A stretch of DNA of 63,184 nt, filler included, from Asterionella formosa (Eukaryota), in assembly GCA_002256025.1 (NCBI GenBank). It is 26 parts of 26 records of this genome, joined end to end, with 100 filler letters (N's around TTAATTAATTAA, not from the genome) between each part and the next. Parts side by side here need not be neighbours in the genome. Positions count along the whole stretch, not along the records: positions 1 to 1,082 come from NKIB01004456.1; positions 1,183 to 2,264 come from NKIB01004457.1; positions 2,365 to 3,446 come from NKIB01004458.1; positions 3,547 to 4,628 come from NKIB01004459.1; positions 4,729 to 5,810 come from NKIB01004460.1; positions 5,911 to 6,991 come from NKIB01004461.1; positions 7,092 to 8,173 come from NKIB01004462.1; positions 8,274 to 9,354 come from NKIB01004463.1; 18 more parts are not named here. One strand, 5' to 3'. Below are positions 1 to 12,125 of this stretch, piece after piece. The position numbers were made by a program, and so were the translations under genes. The notes under the pieces were generated by a model. That model was not told the DNA's origin. It saw nothing but the letters and a program-made list of their open reading frames with translations, and ran no database searches. Numbering within the stretch: position 1 is the stretch's first letter; the number at the start of each line of letters is the position of its first letter.

Positions 1-1082
1 AGATATTAACACACCCTCACCAGCAGATTCAGGCAGAAAAGTGGGAGGAGAAAGGCGAATAGAAGCAGAAGCCAGGCAAGCGTAGTAGTTAGATGGACCA
101 GGGAGGGAAGGAGGACAATGGAGATAGTGTGGGCGCATCAAAGTATGATGGGAAGCAGGATGATGCTTAGTAAATAAATCGGCATGATTCAAACTACCCT
201 TTTTCGAGTACTATATAAGGAAATGGCCCTGTCAAACCCAATTGTGGACCCAATAGAAATGCATATCCATAGCCTTGGAACATTTTTGGCGGACGGTGTC
301 ATTAGCAATACCGCTGGCAGTGCAAGCTATGATTAACGGTGACAACAGGAGTTGAAGGTTGAGGATGACCGAGTTCGGCCAGGATTTTGCGAATAGCATA
401 AGCCTCCTTGCCATTGTGAAATAGGGCTGCCAGTTCAGCCTTGGCAGCACTAGATAGCAACTCCTTAAGAATTTGGCAGTGCACATAAAGCGCGCCATTA
501 AGAGGAGGGATAGGATCTGCAGGGCAAGGCAAAGACATGGGCTTACAGCTGAGGAAGTGAATGTCAGCAGCACGGGAACAACCACACGTTTGAGAGAGAT
601 GAGAGGCATCGCTTTCGACATGGAGGACCATGTCACTGGCAGTATATCGGAGAGTGACTTTGGGGTTGGTTGCACAATAATTGAGAAAGTTGCGTGATGG
701 CAGTTAATGTGGCCATAGTAGGGGTCGTGGCTTGTTGTGTTGCCAATGTACTGAGGGCAGGCAGCATAGTGCAATCAATAGCATGGGCATAATAGAGGAG
801 GGTACCAAGAACTTCCTGCACACGTTTTTATCAAGGAGGTCGAGGACAGGCATGACATCGGGAACAACAAATTGCTGGCGTGCACCATACTGCGGCGGTG
901 CAGTCCAGGCATGGGGAGCATGTTGTGGTCGTGTGGGTGGTGAATGGTCAAACCATTGCAGTGCACGAGCAATGTAGCCAGGCATAGTAAGGACGACAGT
1001 GCGGTTTTCGTAATCCCACACCAGCGCAAGACCAATGTAACGGGAGCCAGTCCAATCAGTCGTGTGGCGGTATTTGGTGCAT
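1..1082 (-). mobile_element. Decayed Ty1/copia (CoDi-like) RT C-terminus and RNase H, with PPT and start of the 3' LTR
   Basis: Frameshifted ORFs read LTMPGYIARAL, QEVLGTLLYYAHAID, LHVESDASHL, SSAAKAELAALFHN and KAMDMHFYWV. The minus strand ends GAGGGTG|TGTTAATATCT, a PPT-like tract followed by TG. Confidence 0.88.
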
Positions 1083-1182
1083 NNNNNNNNNNNNNNNNNN
1101 NNNNNNNNNNNNNNNNNNNNNNNNNNTTAATTAATTAANNNNNNNNNNNNNNNNNNNNNNNNNNNNNNNNNNNNNNNNNNNN
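1083..1182. other. Artificial contig linker N44-TTAATTAATTAA-N44 (first of 25 such linkers)
   Basis: The same 100-bp spacer, with stops in all six frames, recurs throughout. ORFs ending in 'XXXLIN' are truncated by it. Confidence 0.98.
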
Positions 1183-1358
1183 TTTCTCCAGTGATTTCGC
1201 CTATTGACCGACCAACAGTTGCTACACTTCCTCCTGATGCACCCCCAGTTTCAGCTGCATCTCCATTCGCTTCTCCTAGCCCAATCACAATGGGTCCTAT
1301 TACATCTGTTTCTCCAGTGATTTCACCTATTGATCGGCCAACACTTGCCACAATTCCT
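1183..1358 (+). repeat. 126-bp tandem repeat encoding a Pro/Ser/Thr-rich (mucin-like) peptide, cut off by repeat family A
   Basis: TTTCTCCAGTGATTTC.CCTATTGA occurs at 1183 and 1309. The + frame reads SPVISPIDRPTVATLPP...VSPVISPIDRPTLATIP. Confidence 0.55.
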
Positions 1359-2264
1359 TGTTGAACAGAGCACAGTGTAATATGCATGTTCCGCCAGCGT
1401 AGTGTTTACACAATACACATGCTGGCATATACCGGTATATAGCTAAAACAAGGAAAGACGACATGACAATGAACGTGATGGCCGGTTGTTGAGGATACCG
1501 GTATGTGATATGCATCAATCCATATCACAAATCATATTATAGTGATGTACATATCAACGCATCCGTATACTTAGATCCTATCCACTGTATAATACTATCA
1601 TATTAATTGTAGACTTTAACTGTATACATTAAACGACAAACACATATATTAATTAACATACTTTATGATTGCTTGATTTATTTTCTATCATGTCTTGGTA
1701 ACACTTGCGTACATATTTTATCGTATTTTTTTGTCATTGTCCTATTTTTATATGATCATATTTTGATCAAAATTATATCATTAATATTACATAAAATCAT
1801 CATAATTTTATGATCACTGTATCATAGCTATGTGATGTACTTTATTCAATATTACGTATCATACTTTGGTGATGTATGTATCGATGTAACCTTATCATGA
1901 TATCACAGTATCATCTTATCAATCATGATGAGATGATTGGGAAGAAACTGTATTCTGCATCGTGCTACAGGGTATATTATTATATCACGCAATTCAGTAG
2001 CAAATTCACTCTGCCTGTAATGTACTAAAGTCGACAGAGCACATACCGGGTACCGGTACTCAAACGCTCATCAGATTTGAGGCAACGGACAGTGGTTCGA
2101 ACGAGCGAATGATGATACGGTACCAATTTTTCCAACAAAAGAACTTGTCTCTCTATTGATGAGGATGACACGGACACGGACACCGACTTTTCCAGGAGCA
2201 AACAACAATGAAGAGACCCACTTGTCGCTCTATTGATGGTAACAAAGATGCGGACAAGTTCAAC
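1359..2264 (+). repeat. Dispersed repeat family A, copy 1 (non-coding, begins TGTTG)
   Basis: Aligns by eye over its length with 26488-27370 and 31657-32420. Confidence 0.9.
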
Positions 2265-2364
2265 NNNNNNNNNNNNNNNNNNNNNNNNNNNNNNNNNNNN
2301 NNNNNNNNTTAATTAATTAANNNNNNNNNNNNNNNNNNNNNNNNNNNNNNNNNNNNNNNNNNNN

Positions 2365-3446
2365 ACAAACTTGCGCTCAACAACACCGTTCTGCTGAGGT
2401 GTATTTGGTGCTGTGTATTCAATCTGAATACCATGCTTGGTGCATACAGATGACAAATTTTCGAGATTTTCACCTGCATTATCACATCGTAAATACTTGA
2501 TGACATATTTTGCTGCAAATAGCTTGATAAGTAGCTTGTCCACAATTTTGGATAGTAAATTCTTCTTCTTAACAAAAAAACTCCATGACTTTCCAGAGAA
2601 TTGATCCACCACAAGTATCCAGTAATTGCTTCCCACAATGGACTTTTTGTACGGCCCTGAAGTGTCCACGAAAATCCGTTCATCGGGTAGTACAGCCTGT
2701 AAGGTCTTCTAGTGTTAGGGAGGGCATAGCCTCAACCATTGTTACCACTTCTGAGTACTCCTTAGGTAGTTTGTCAAGTATGTGGGCAATCATCTCGAGA
2801 TCCTTCTTTTCGTAAGCAAACTCAATCGTCGCCATTCGATTCCTCAACAACTCGAGTTGGATGAACCACTCGTCTGGGTCTTGAGTCTTCCCCTCACAGA
2901 TGCACTTGTTGAACTGTCCTGACAGTTGGATTAAGTCGCTTGTAGGATTAGGGACATAGCGAGCCTTGAGGTAGGTCCAAGCAAGGAATGCATCGCCGTC
3001 TTGATGATTCTTTGTCTTGGCTTGGTTAACCAAACCAAACGCAATCCCAGTGCAACTCATAATCAGGAGCTGGTATGCGCGATCGTTCATCTCGTAGATC
3101 TTCTTGACATCGTCTTTGTCTGTGGTTTCGTAGACAGCATCGCTGCATGGATTGGTATCCTTCATGTAGGCATTCTTGAATCCTCTTGTCTTGGCTAGTG
3201 CAAGTGTCTTCACACTCCACTCATGCCAATTGGCGTCCTCGCCATCAAACTTCACAAGGCGAATGGTCTCACCTTTGTCTTCAGTCATGTTGCAAAACGA
3301 AGTTGATTCGCTTGCAAGCGTGTTAAATTCTTCTGCAGCCTGACTGCAATGCTAGCTCTTTCTAGACAAGCTCAGTGTATTAAAACCGTCTGTTCTAATC
3401 CCACCTTATTGTGAGCTTATTTGATCTATCTTGTAATCGTTCACAT
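2365..3446 (-). mobile_element. Ty1/copia fragment: gag (2680-3288) joined directly to the integrase core (internally deleted element)
   Basis: The gag reads VKFDGEDANWHEW...DPDEWF...AHILDKLPKEYSEVV. The integrase reads VDTSGPY...VVDQFS...LRCDNAGE...TAPNTPQQNGVVER. It is the same family as 27860-31556. Confidence 0.9.
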
Positions 3447-4502
3447 NNNNNNNNNNNNNNNNNNNNNNNNNNNNNNNNNNNNNNNNNNNNTTAATTAATT
3501 AANNNNNNNNNNNNNNNNNNNNNNNNNNNNNNNNNNNNNNNNNNNNTGAAAAGCGCTTGTAAAGAAAAGTCCTCATATGATCCCTCTACTCGTCCAAGTG
3601 ACACCTCCACCAACTCCCTTCTTGACACTACTGCTAGCTCTCTGCTATTTATTGGCATCAACCACTCCAATGCAATAAGGGCACTCCTCTCAGCCCACAA
3701 CATGAGCATTCCACCAAGTGTGATCTCACCTTACACTTCCGCCCTAGTACATTTCATCCTGGCAATCATTGCCTGCCAGGATTCACAATTCAAATTGCCC
3801 TGGTTTTCAAACACTTCAAGAGCCTTATGCGTAAAAAATATATAAATGTTCTTATTCTAGTACTATTTATTTAAAACCTTACTGAGATCCAAAGCCATCA
3901 TGTTTTTTGATCCTGGTTTACTGTTCTTGCATTTGAACTCATTGCTCAAACTAGGGTTAAAAATATAATATTGATTCAGTGTATAATCAAACACACACAT
4001 TTCATGAGTAAAATCAATTTATATATCACTAAATGGAGCTGTCACCATTTGACACCATCATTTTCATCATTTGTTTATAGAGAGATCTGAATTAAAATGC
4101 AGCAGACAATCAATTCATGGATCCAATGCAATCAGGAAATCCAAGTGTGCAAAAGTGGTCATGAATATGCTTTATGGAATCAGTCAATTTTGGAACCACA
4201 ATCCATTTGATCTGTTTTCTGCTTATCCAGCACTCAACAATTCCAAAAAAGAAAATCCGGTTTCCCCTCCTTATTCCAGTGAATTCCTGACGGGAATCAA
4301 ATGATACATCCCTTGCCAGAGCCTACATCCTATGATGGCTATTGTCCCTACTGTCACTTTGTATATAAACCTGAATAGTAACAAAGACAATTTTTTTCTT
4401 CTTTAAAAGTTCCATTCCAAACACACTGATAAACCAAATCCCCCATTTCCACTACTAATATATCCATGTGCATAAAATAGTAGCCGAACTAATTGATTGC
4501 AA

Positions 4503-4562
4503 GCTGTGCGTACTACACTTGCATAAAGATAACCAGCTGTGCATACTACACTTGCATAAACA
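4503..4562. repeat. 33-bp tandem duplication
   Basis: AGCTGTGC(G/A)TACTACACTTGCATAAA occurs twice. Confidence 0.8.
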
Positions 4563-7091
4563 TACTTCTGGCAGTCAACTGAATGTCAAGAGTCATGATT
4601 GAGCATTTCTGGAGCAACAGCTTGGGTCNNNNNNNNNNNNNNNNNNNNNNNNNNNNNNNNNNNNNNNNNNNNTTAATTAATTAANNNNNNNNNNNNNNNN
4701 NNNNNNNNNNNNNNNNNNNNNNNNNNNNTTCCTAGGCGGTCGGAGTTTCCCCTAACGCTGCGGCTAAGACGATCATCTTTCGTGAAGGGTGGCTAGGGAC
4801 TCACCTACGCTAACAAAACTAGGGAAGCAAAGGTCTTGTCGGCAGGCAGCACAATGAATACTTATTGCCTTGAAAAAGGGGAGTAGGAATGGGCTATAAA
4901 ACAGATTATCATTTATAAGAAAGAGAATGTCGCAACTGCATCATGGTTGAAACAATGGGGTAGCACCATTCATATATGAATTGAATTGAATGAATCTAAT
5001 TTACTTCGAGGTCATAAGTCAGAGGGCATCAATAGTGATCAATCACAGGAAGCCCTTAACCCTAAAATTCATCCACAACATGTCATTCATGTTAGAGGGC
5101 GGATTGTTTCAAGAAAGGGGATCTACCTTTTTGCTTCATTCTACACTCATCGGTTCACTTGATCAACATATTGAGAAAAACCAAAAAGGAGAAGCACTAT
5201 GTCTCTTCTTAGAATTACAATTAATTTCAAGTGTGAGGAAATTTGAATTTCAGAGCATTCATTTCAGATTAAGATATTGTCATTTGTTGACATGAACATA
5301 TTAATGTATGCTATGCAAACAATTTGGTCGCAGAATGCTTCAGTTGCATTGTCACATCACATTCAGGTATACCAATCTCAAAAAATGTATCTTTAAATAG
5401 GGAACACGGAATCAGTTGCTGCCCTAAGTGTGATTCAATTGATAAAGAAAAACAAGATGCATGATGACAAGTACAAGCATCATCTCCGAAATCCTGAACA
5501 GCATAATGAAAGCCTCATAAATATTGTTTGATTGCAAGTCAGTGAAAATGTTTCCGCACCTCTGGACTTGCACCAAAGGAGGCTATTAAAGGGCGCTCCA
5601 AAGACTACCTTACTCAAGTCAAGGTTTCTCAGATTGTGAGCTAATTGTAATTATTTCTAAACTATCAAGAATCTTACCAAATCTATTCTGTCAAACTTAC
5701 TAATCCTGCCATTTTCAATCTTACCAACTGCAATTCAAGACTTCTACTTCAAATAATTATAATCCTCTTTTAATCCCACAAGTCATTTCCACGATTCGAC
5801 TCATTCGACTNNNNNNNNNNNNNNNNNNNNNNNNNNNNNNNNNNNNNNNNNNNNTTAATTAATTAANNNNNNNNNNNNNNNNNNNNNNNNNNNNNNNNNN
5901 NNNNNNNNNNTACTGTATTTATGCTAAGCTCGTAGTTCCACGTCGTGCAGATCGTTTCACTGGCTTTGTATGTATTGCTTACATGCTGTCATGTATAAGA
6001 ACTATTAGCAATAGTAATCAGTCATGAAAGCAGAAGCATTCAATGATGTTGACATGAATAATGACATATATGACTCAACCTGGTTCCATTTGTAGCACCT
6101 TGGAACAAACACATCTGACAATATTTGGTGTGAAAGTCACTTCCAATCATTTCGATTGGTTGCAAGATCTTTGGAAACTCTACACCTTGTCAGGGACGAG
6201 TGTTGTTGTTGCTGCTGCTGATGTTGCTGCTAGTGCTCCTACTGTTGCAGCGATTCAAAACACACAATGGCTCGCCTTCAGCAACAAGACATAATCAGTC
6301 AATGGATAGAAAACCAAATTCACATGGCCCTATTCTTCCTTTGGTCGATCCAAAGGGTGCCTTGGGTCATATTCGTACCAATGAAAGAGATGCACAAGTT
6401 GCAAGGCAGCATCGCTTCGTTGTAACGCTAATTCAAATTCTTTGTTAAATTCCCTTTCATGACGTAGATCGTCTAGGAAGGAATGTAAGGCATTTGAGTC
6501 TTGCGCTGTCTCATCACAGAATTATTATCATTAGTTGGAGCCAACTTCCCATAGGGTGGCAATGCGGGAATCGATAGGGTCCTCAGGTATCTGTGAGTCA
6601 TAATAATGCACATTGGAAAAGTCTATCATCATGAATTTGTTCAATACATACCTCTTCCACTATGTCAATTTCCTCTAGCGCGCCTCCGGGACCACTTGCG
6701 AAATGAGACTTTGACTCAATAAATCATATGACACGCTATCTGCCAGATGTGTGAATCTGTGATGACAAATCACTGACCTGCTTTGCGAGTCTTCCTGACG
6801 TTGGTGTGGCGCAATGATCTCACAAGACGAGCCAGGAGGACATCTGAGAGGCTGAACACTAAATCTCCATCCACACCTAATGTTGTCAACTAAAAAGCTT
6901 TTTCAATCCTGGACTTGAAGCGAGCCTCAACGGAGCGGCGCCTAGCAAATTTTTCTATCATGTGGCCTCGCAAGATATTCATTGTTTACAANNNNNNNNN
7001 NNNNNNNNNNNNNNNNNNNNNNNNNNNNNNNNNNNTTAATTAATTAANNNNNNNNNNNNNNNNNNNNNNNNNNNNNNNNNNNNNNNNNNNN

Positions 7092-8067
7092 GAACATTCA
7101 TACCTGGTCTAGCATTTTGTGGACAAGTTACCATGAGTTGTTGTCCTTGAATAGTGACAGGGAATTGTTGTCCTCCTCGAATGCCATCAGGAATGGTATC
7201 CATATTAGCAGTGGGCCCTCCTTGATTTCCATCTTGAATGGGTTGAACATTTGGTGAATCTTGTAGTAGACTGTTGTTGGTATTGTTGTTGGCATTGCCA
7301 TCAGTAATAGTGACAGGGAATTGTTGTCCTCCTCGAATGCCATCATCATTGTTGTTGTTGGTATTGTTGTTGCCATCATCATCATCATCATTATCATCAT
7401 TAGTAGTAGTAGTAGGAGCTGCTGCCGCTGGGACTGTAATTTGCAATGTTTCTCCAGGTCTATAATCTAATGGACAACGAATTCTAACAATTCGACCTCA
7501 CAATTGACCTCCAGCATAGATTTGAAATTCTTGTCCAGGTTGGGTACTTTCTGGAACAGTCACACGAAAGACAGTCGAGTTCCCACTCACACTTACGGCT
7601 CCAAGACGAGAGGTAGCAGTCGTTTTTTTTGTGGTCGTGATGGTGCCATCATCAGAATTAGGATTGATCGTGGACGCGGAATTGGAAACTTCGCTACTCT
7701 TTTTGCGTTTGATGAAACCTGAAAACATCGTTCGGTTCGTTCCTGAAACTGTACCAATAGCAATAGCAGCAGGTGCGATAATCACGAACGCATTCTTGCT
7801 TCTAGATCCCCAATTCAGAACAGCAATAAGATCTCCAGGATCCAAGGCTGGATCATCAGTAGCTCCCTCAGGAGCCGGCACTTGAGTTCCAGGTGGGTAC
7901 ACACGGAGCCGCGTTGGAGAAACACCTTGAAGATCGTCACCACATTTAATCTTCACGGCATCGATCAAGTCAGCAACGTCAGCATTCTGATTCAAAGTTA
8001 CTTTAAAGGGCGTTTGTGCTGCGTCTCCAAGAAACAACTGGAACCAAACCTTCATTGTTGTTGACAT
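7092..8067 (-). pseudogene. Crinkler (CRN)-type ubiquitin-like header fused to a host-like 'VTVP..PGQ' repeat region; premature stop at 7498
   Basis: The N-terminus is MKVWFQL...PFKV...DVADLIDAVK...LQGVSPTRLRVY. It continues FRVTVPESTQPGQEFQIYAGGQL*GRIVRIRCP...QQFPVTIQGQQLMVTCPQNARPGMNV in the same frame past the stop. Confidence 0.6.
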
Positions 8068-9867
8068 GATGGGGTAGACTACTTCTACAAAGAAATGGAA
8101 GTGACCGGAGGGAGAACCTGTACCTCCCTGTCAATCATTGAACAAGAGTCGTAATTGAAGTCATGGTGTTGAANNNNNNNNNNNNNNNNNNNNNNNNNNN
8201 NNNNNNNNNNNNNNNNNTTAATTAATTAANNNNNNNNNNNNNNNNNNNNNNNNNNNNNNNNNNNNNNNNNNNNACTTTGCTTGATCCAGAAACAGGAATC
8301 TCGCTCTCCTTGGATAGAGTTTTACGGAGGCTAGGAAGGCCAGGAGATGGTTGCTTGATAACAAGATTATCAGTTGCCTTCATTATTGAGTAATGTTATT
8401 TATGGGTTGAGTGTTTTTTGTTTGTATTTTGAATAATTATGATCACATCTTGTTTGCTTCATGTTATTTTCCGCCTTGTATGTACCGGTAATAAGTGCTC
8501 ATATGATATGCATTTGTACAACGGCATATTGCACTGGTATAACATATCATGTGTTATATCATGCATGATTCAAACGTTATGGTGCTCCGAGGAGCACTAT
8601 AATAATAAGCATAATTGCTATTCAGATATAAATGTAGCACAAGCAGAACTACCGGTATCGGTACCAGTACTACCGGTATAGCTATACACATACCGGTACC
8701 GATTCTCTAACATGACTCAAGCACTCGTCCATGCATCACGACGTCTGCATGTAACTCCAACTATACCGATGTAGACAATACTTAGGGGTACCGGGAGTCT
8801 ACTTCCTTCCCCTTTATTTTACAACGCATAAAAAGTAGACCGCCAGGGACCAGCGTACCGGTAGTCTACCTGGTACCGTACTCCTACCAGGTACCCATTG
8901 ACTCGATGTATAAAAGGAGGGTTCAATGCTGTTAAAGTATTACCTTTTGTATAGATCTATATCGTTAGACAAAGAAGACTATAGATAGAGACGTTCGTTT
9001 CTCTTTCCGTTTCTATATTCTTATTGTGAGTTTACTAATCTAGTTTAGGTTGTTCTGTTTGAACAAAACAAACGAACTATTCTCCAAATGCTGTTTGCAT
9101 TTCTAGGAACATACAATCATAGATAGACCCATGTCTATCTCACACTTACTGATCATAGGTATTTAACCATGATCATTCATTTCAAACTATCGGTCTTCCG
9201 AAATAGCTTATGTTGTCCGGCTCATTATAGTCGGAGTAGCAAAGTATAATGTGTGGTTGATGAGAGCTTGGTACATCAAAGTGGACTCATTCGAATCGTT
9301 TGACTCGTTTGACTCCGAGTCCTAACTACGTAGATGAGCTCACTTTAACACTCTNNNNNNNNNNNNNNNNNNNNNNNNNNNNNNNNNNNNNNNNNNNNTT
9401 AATTAATTAANNNNNNNNNNNNNNNNNNNNNNNNNNNNNNNNNNNNNNNNNNNNGGGGGGGGGCGGTTATCCTGCATGACTTTTTTCCACATTTCGTTCA
9501 GCCTATGTATGTAGGATTTGGATGTACTACGGTGTAGGGTTTACGTCATCATCTACCATCATGGTGAGCGAATATTTGAATTTGCGTTTTCAGCACCGCC
9601 CTTGATAGATATCTTACCGGTATTTCCGGAGTAATATGTAGTGAAACCGGTAGGTAGCTTTGGTCTACTATGCGGGCATGTATTGTATTTTACCACGATA
9701 TCTAATGTAGGATGTACGTAGCATTACCATATCTGTATCTACCGTGCAACTATAAGGCTGTCGGTAGGAACTATAATACCGGGAATCATGCATCCTGCTT
9801 AAGTATAAGACAATGTAAACTACATACAGAAGACATCTTGAATACCTATGGACAACAAATTAAAAAG

Positions 9868-10206
9868 GGAATGCTTCGATACCTACAGTTTACATATGCC
9901 CAAGCAACAGGTGAAAACAGTGCGTTTAAAATAAAAGTATCCTGTGATACTTTTGTTCCTTATGATCCGTCATCCCAATCATGGTGAAACATACATAACA
10001 AGATACTTCATGACTAATACCGGTAATTACAGTCTACGACCTGTGTGCTAAGGGTAATAGGAAATGCTTCGAAACTACAGTATACGTATGCCCAAGCAAA
10101 AGGTGAAAACAGAGCGTTTAAAATAAAAGTATCCTGTGATACTTTCGTTCATTATGATCCGTCATCCCAAGCGTGGTGAAACATACATGACTAGATACTT
10201 CATGAC
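9868..10206. repeat. Two diverged direct copies of a ~150-bp unit, about 190 bp apart
   Basis: ATGCTTCGA...GCCCAAGCAA.AGGTGAAAACAG.GCGTTTAAAATAAAAGTATCCTGTGATACTTT...GATACTTCATGACT occurs twice. Confidence 0.85.
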
Positions 10207-11170
10207 TGCTACCTATAATAATAGAAGATAATACTGATGGTAATAACATGCGGATATACTGAGTTTTATTCGTGATGCAACACAGGTCTTTGTTCCACTT
10301 CGCTTTCATTTTATTTCGATATCTTTCACATAATATGGATATCCTCCCCCCCCCCCGCAAAGCAACGACAAGGACAAGGACCACCGATTGAACAGCACGA
10401 GACCATACAACAATGACGACCAATGATGATAATAACGCAGGAAATATCATGGATGAGTGCCATTTGACGGAGACGCCAGTTGTGACAGAAGACAGTACCA
10501 AGGTTGCGGATTCAACTATGCCATGGCCATTGCAANNNNNNNNNNNNNNNNNNNNNNNNNNNNNNNNNNNNNNNNNNNNTTAATTAATTAANNNNNNNNN
10601 NNNNNNNNNNNNNNNNNNNNNNNNNNNNNNNNNNNTTTCTTTTCTTGTCATGTGCTTTACTACGACGTATCTTTTCATGAAGCAGCAGGCATTGTTTGTT
10701 AACATGACAGAACGATTTGAATAATATATTGGCCATGAATATAGTAATAAAATTTGTAAATATATATATATATATTAAGTGTTATACATTTTATAAAATT
10801 CAAAGGCGCTCTCGATATAGAACATCTGATATGGTTGAGATGGCCATACTCGCATATACATAATTCGAAAATACTCAATGCACTATATGTCCATTGTTTT
10901 CCACGACTACATGTACCGGTATTTTTTCTGAAATTTGTTTGCATCGATATTTTTTACGTCCGTTGAAACTAATTATTTAGACCGTTCAAATGCCGCAAGG
11001 GTTTTGGTAGCAAATTGTTTAAGCCCCTTTTTTGGGCGGGAGCTCTTCATGTGTACCGGTACATCATATGACAATAACAATGTATCATTTATACATACAG
11101 GGTACCAGCAGCAGGTAGTAAGTGATATACTGGCTGGGGGTAGCCGGAGTAGTGCCGGTAAACTAGCAAC

Positions 11171-11570
11171 AGAACACCATATGTTCAGGACTGTTGCTAC
11201 TGCAGTGGGACAGTAAATCATCATAGTTTTAGGATCGTATGATCGTAAAATTATGATCCAAAAGAACACCATATGTTCATGACTGTTGCTGCTGCAGTGG
11301 GACAGTAAATCATCATAGTTTTAGGATCGTATGATCATAAAACTAAAAACAAATAGAACACCATATGTTCATGACTGTTGCAATTACAGTGGGACAGTAA
11401 ATCATCATAGTTTTAGGATTGTATGATCGTGAAACTGAAAAGCGGTACCGGTAGTCGGAGTAATAAGCAAGCAATAGAACACCATAGTAAGTCATCATAG
11501 TTTTAGGATTGTATAAATAGAACACCATATACATATGTCTATGACTGCTGCTACTACAGCGGGACAGTAC
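11171..11570. repeat. Minisatellite with a ~92-bp unit, about 4-5 partly deleted copies
   Basis: AGAACACCATATGTTCA.GACTGTTGC...AGTGGGACAGTAAATCATCATAGTTTTAGGAT begins at about 11171, 11263 and 11356, with partial units at 11477 and 11519. Confidence 0.9.
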
Positions 11571-11939
11571 CGGTAAATGAATTTAAGATCATCGAACTTT
11601 AAGGAAGACAACGACAACAGCTGGTCGTGTGGCCGTTGCTGGTCCACTTTTAATGGCCGAAGAAGGAAGCGACGAAAAGATCACCATTACGAGCGGAACG
11701 AGAGAAATCGCTTACGNNNNNNNNNNNNNNNNNNNNNNNNNNNNNNNNNNNNNNNNNNNNTTAATTAATTAANNNNNNNNNNNNNNNNNNNNNNNNNNNN
11801 NNNNNNNNNNNNNNNNTGCTGTTGGCTTCCTTTTCCAACCAATTGTTAATTATAAAAACAGGAATGGTTGAGGATGGAAAGTTACAGTTCCTTTCCCGGA
11901 ATACGATTGCTCAGTCCAAGACAGAACCACCAGAGATGT

Positions 11940-12125
11940 TGGTAAAGTTGAAGAGCATCCCTTCATTATTCTAGTGAAGTACATTTTTTCTCGGGTAATG
12001 AAGTTTGGTGATTATGCTAGCCAAAAACACAAAAAAAATATGGCCTCCATCATGACTGTATCGGATGAAGCATATGCCTTGCTCGTCTTAGAAAATAGTT
12101 GGGATGTATGAACCCAGAACTATAC
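11940..12125 (+). pseudogene. Decayed coding remnant, probably transposon-associated
   Basis: The frame reads MASIMTVSDEAYALLVLENSWDV*, recalled as a motif of repetitive diatom ORFs. It has a stop where Trp would be expected. Confidence 0.3.

Noticed and set aside
1127..1138. Regularly spaced TTAATTAATTAA as a biological repeat or CRISPR-like array
   Set aside because: It is always embedded in N44 runs and is an artificial six-frame-stop linker.
2060..2080. Hammerhead ribozyme core (CTGATGA on the minus strand) in repeat A
   Set aside because: No stem II plus GAAA follows, and the other two copies read CTGATTA.
3380..3446. 5' LTR end and primer-binding site of the Copia in contig 3
   Set aside because: No convincing CA plus tRNA-complementary motif was found, and there is no second LTR to set the boundary.
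8860..9354. LTR with a TATA box (TGTATAAAAGG)
   Set aside because: It is plausible, but no TG...CA boundaries or second copy occur in the window.
11171..11570. Tandem units as a CRISPR array
   Set aside because: The whole unit is repeated with no unique spacers, there are no cas genes, and the context is eukaryotic.
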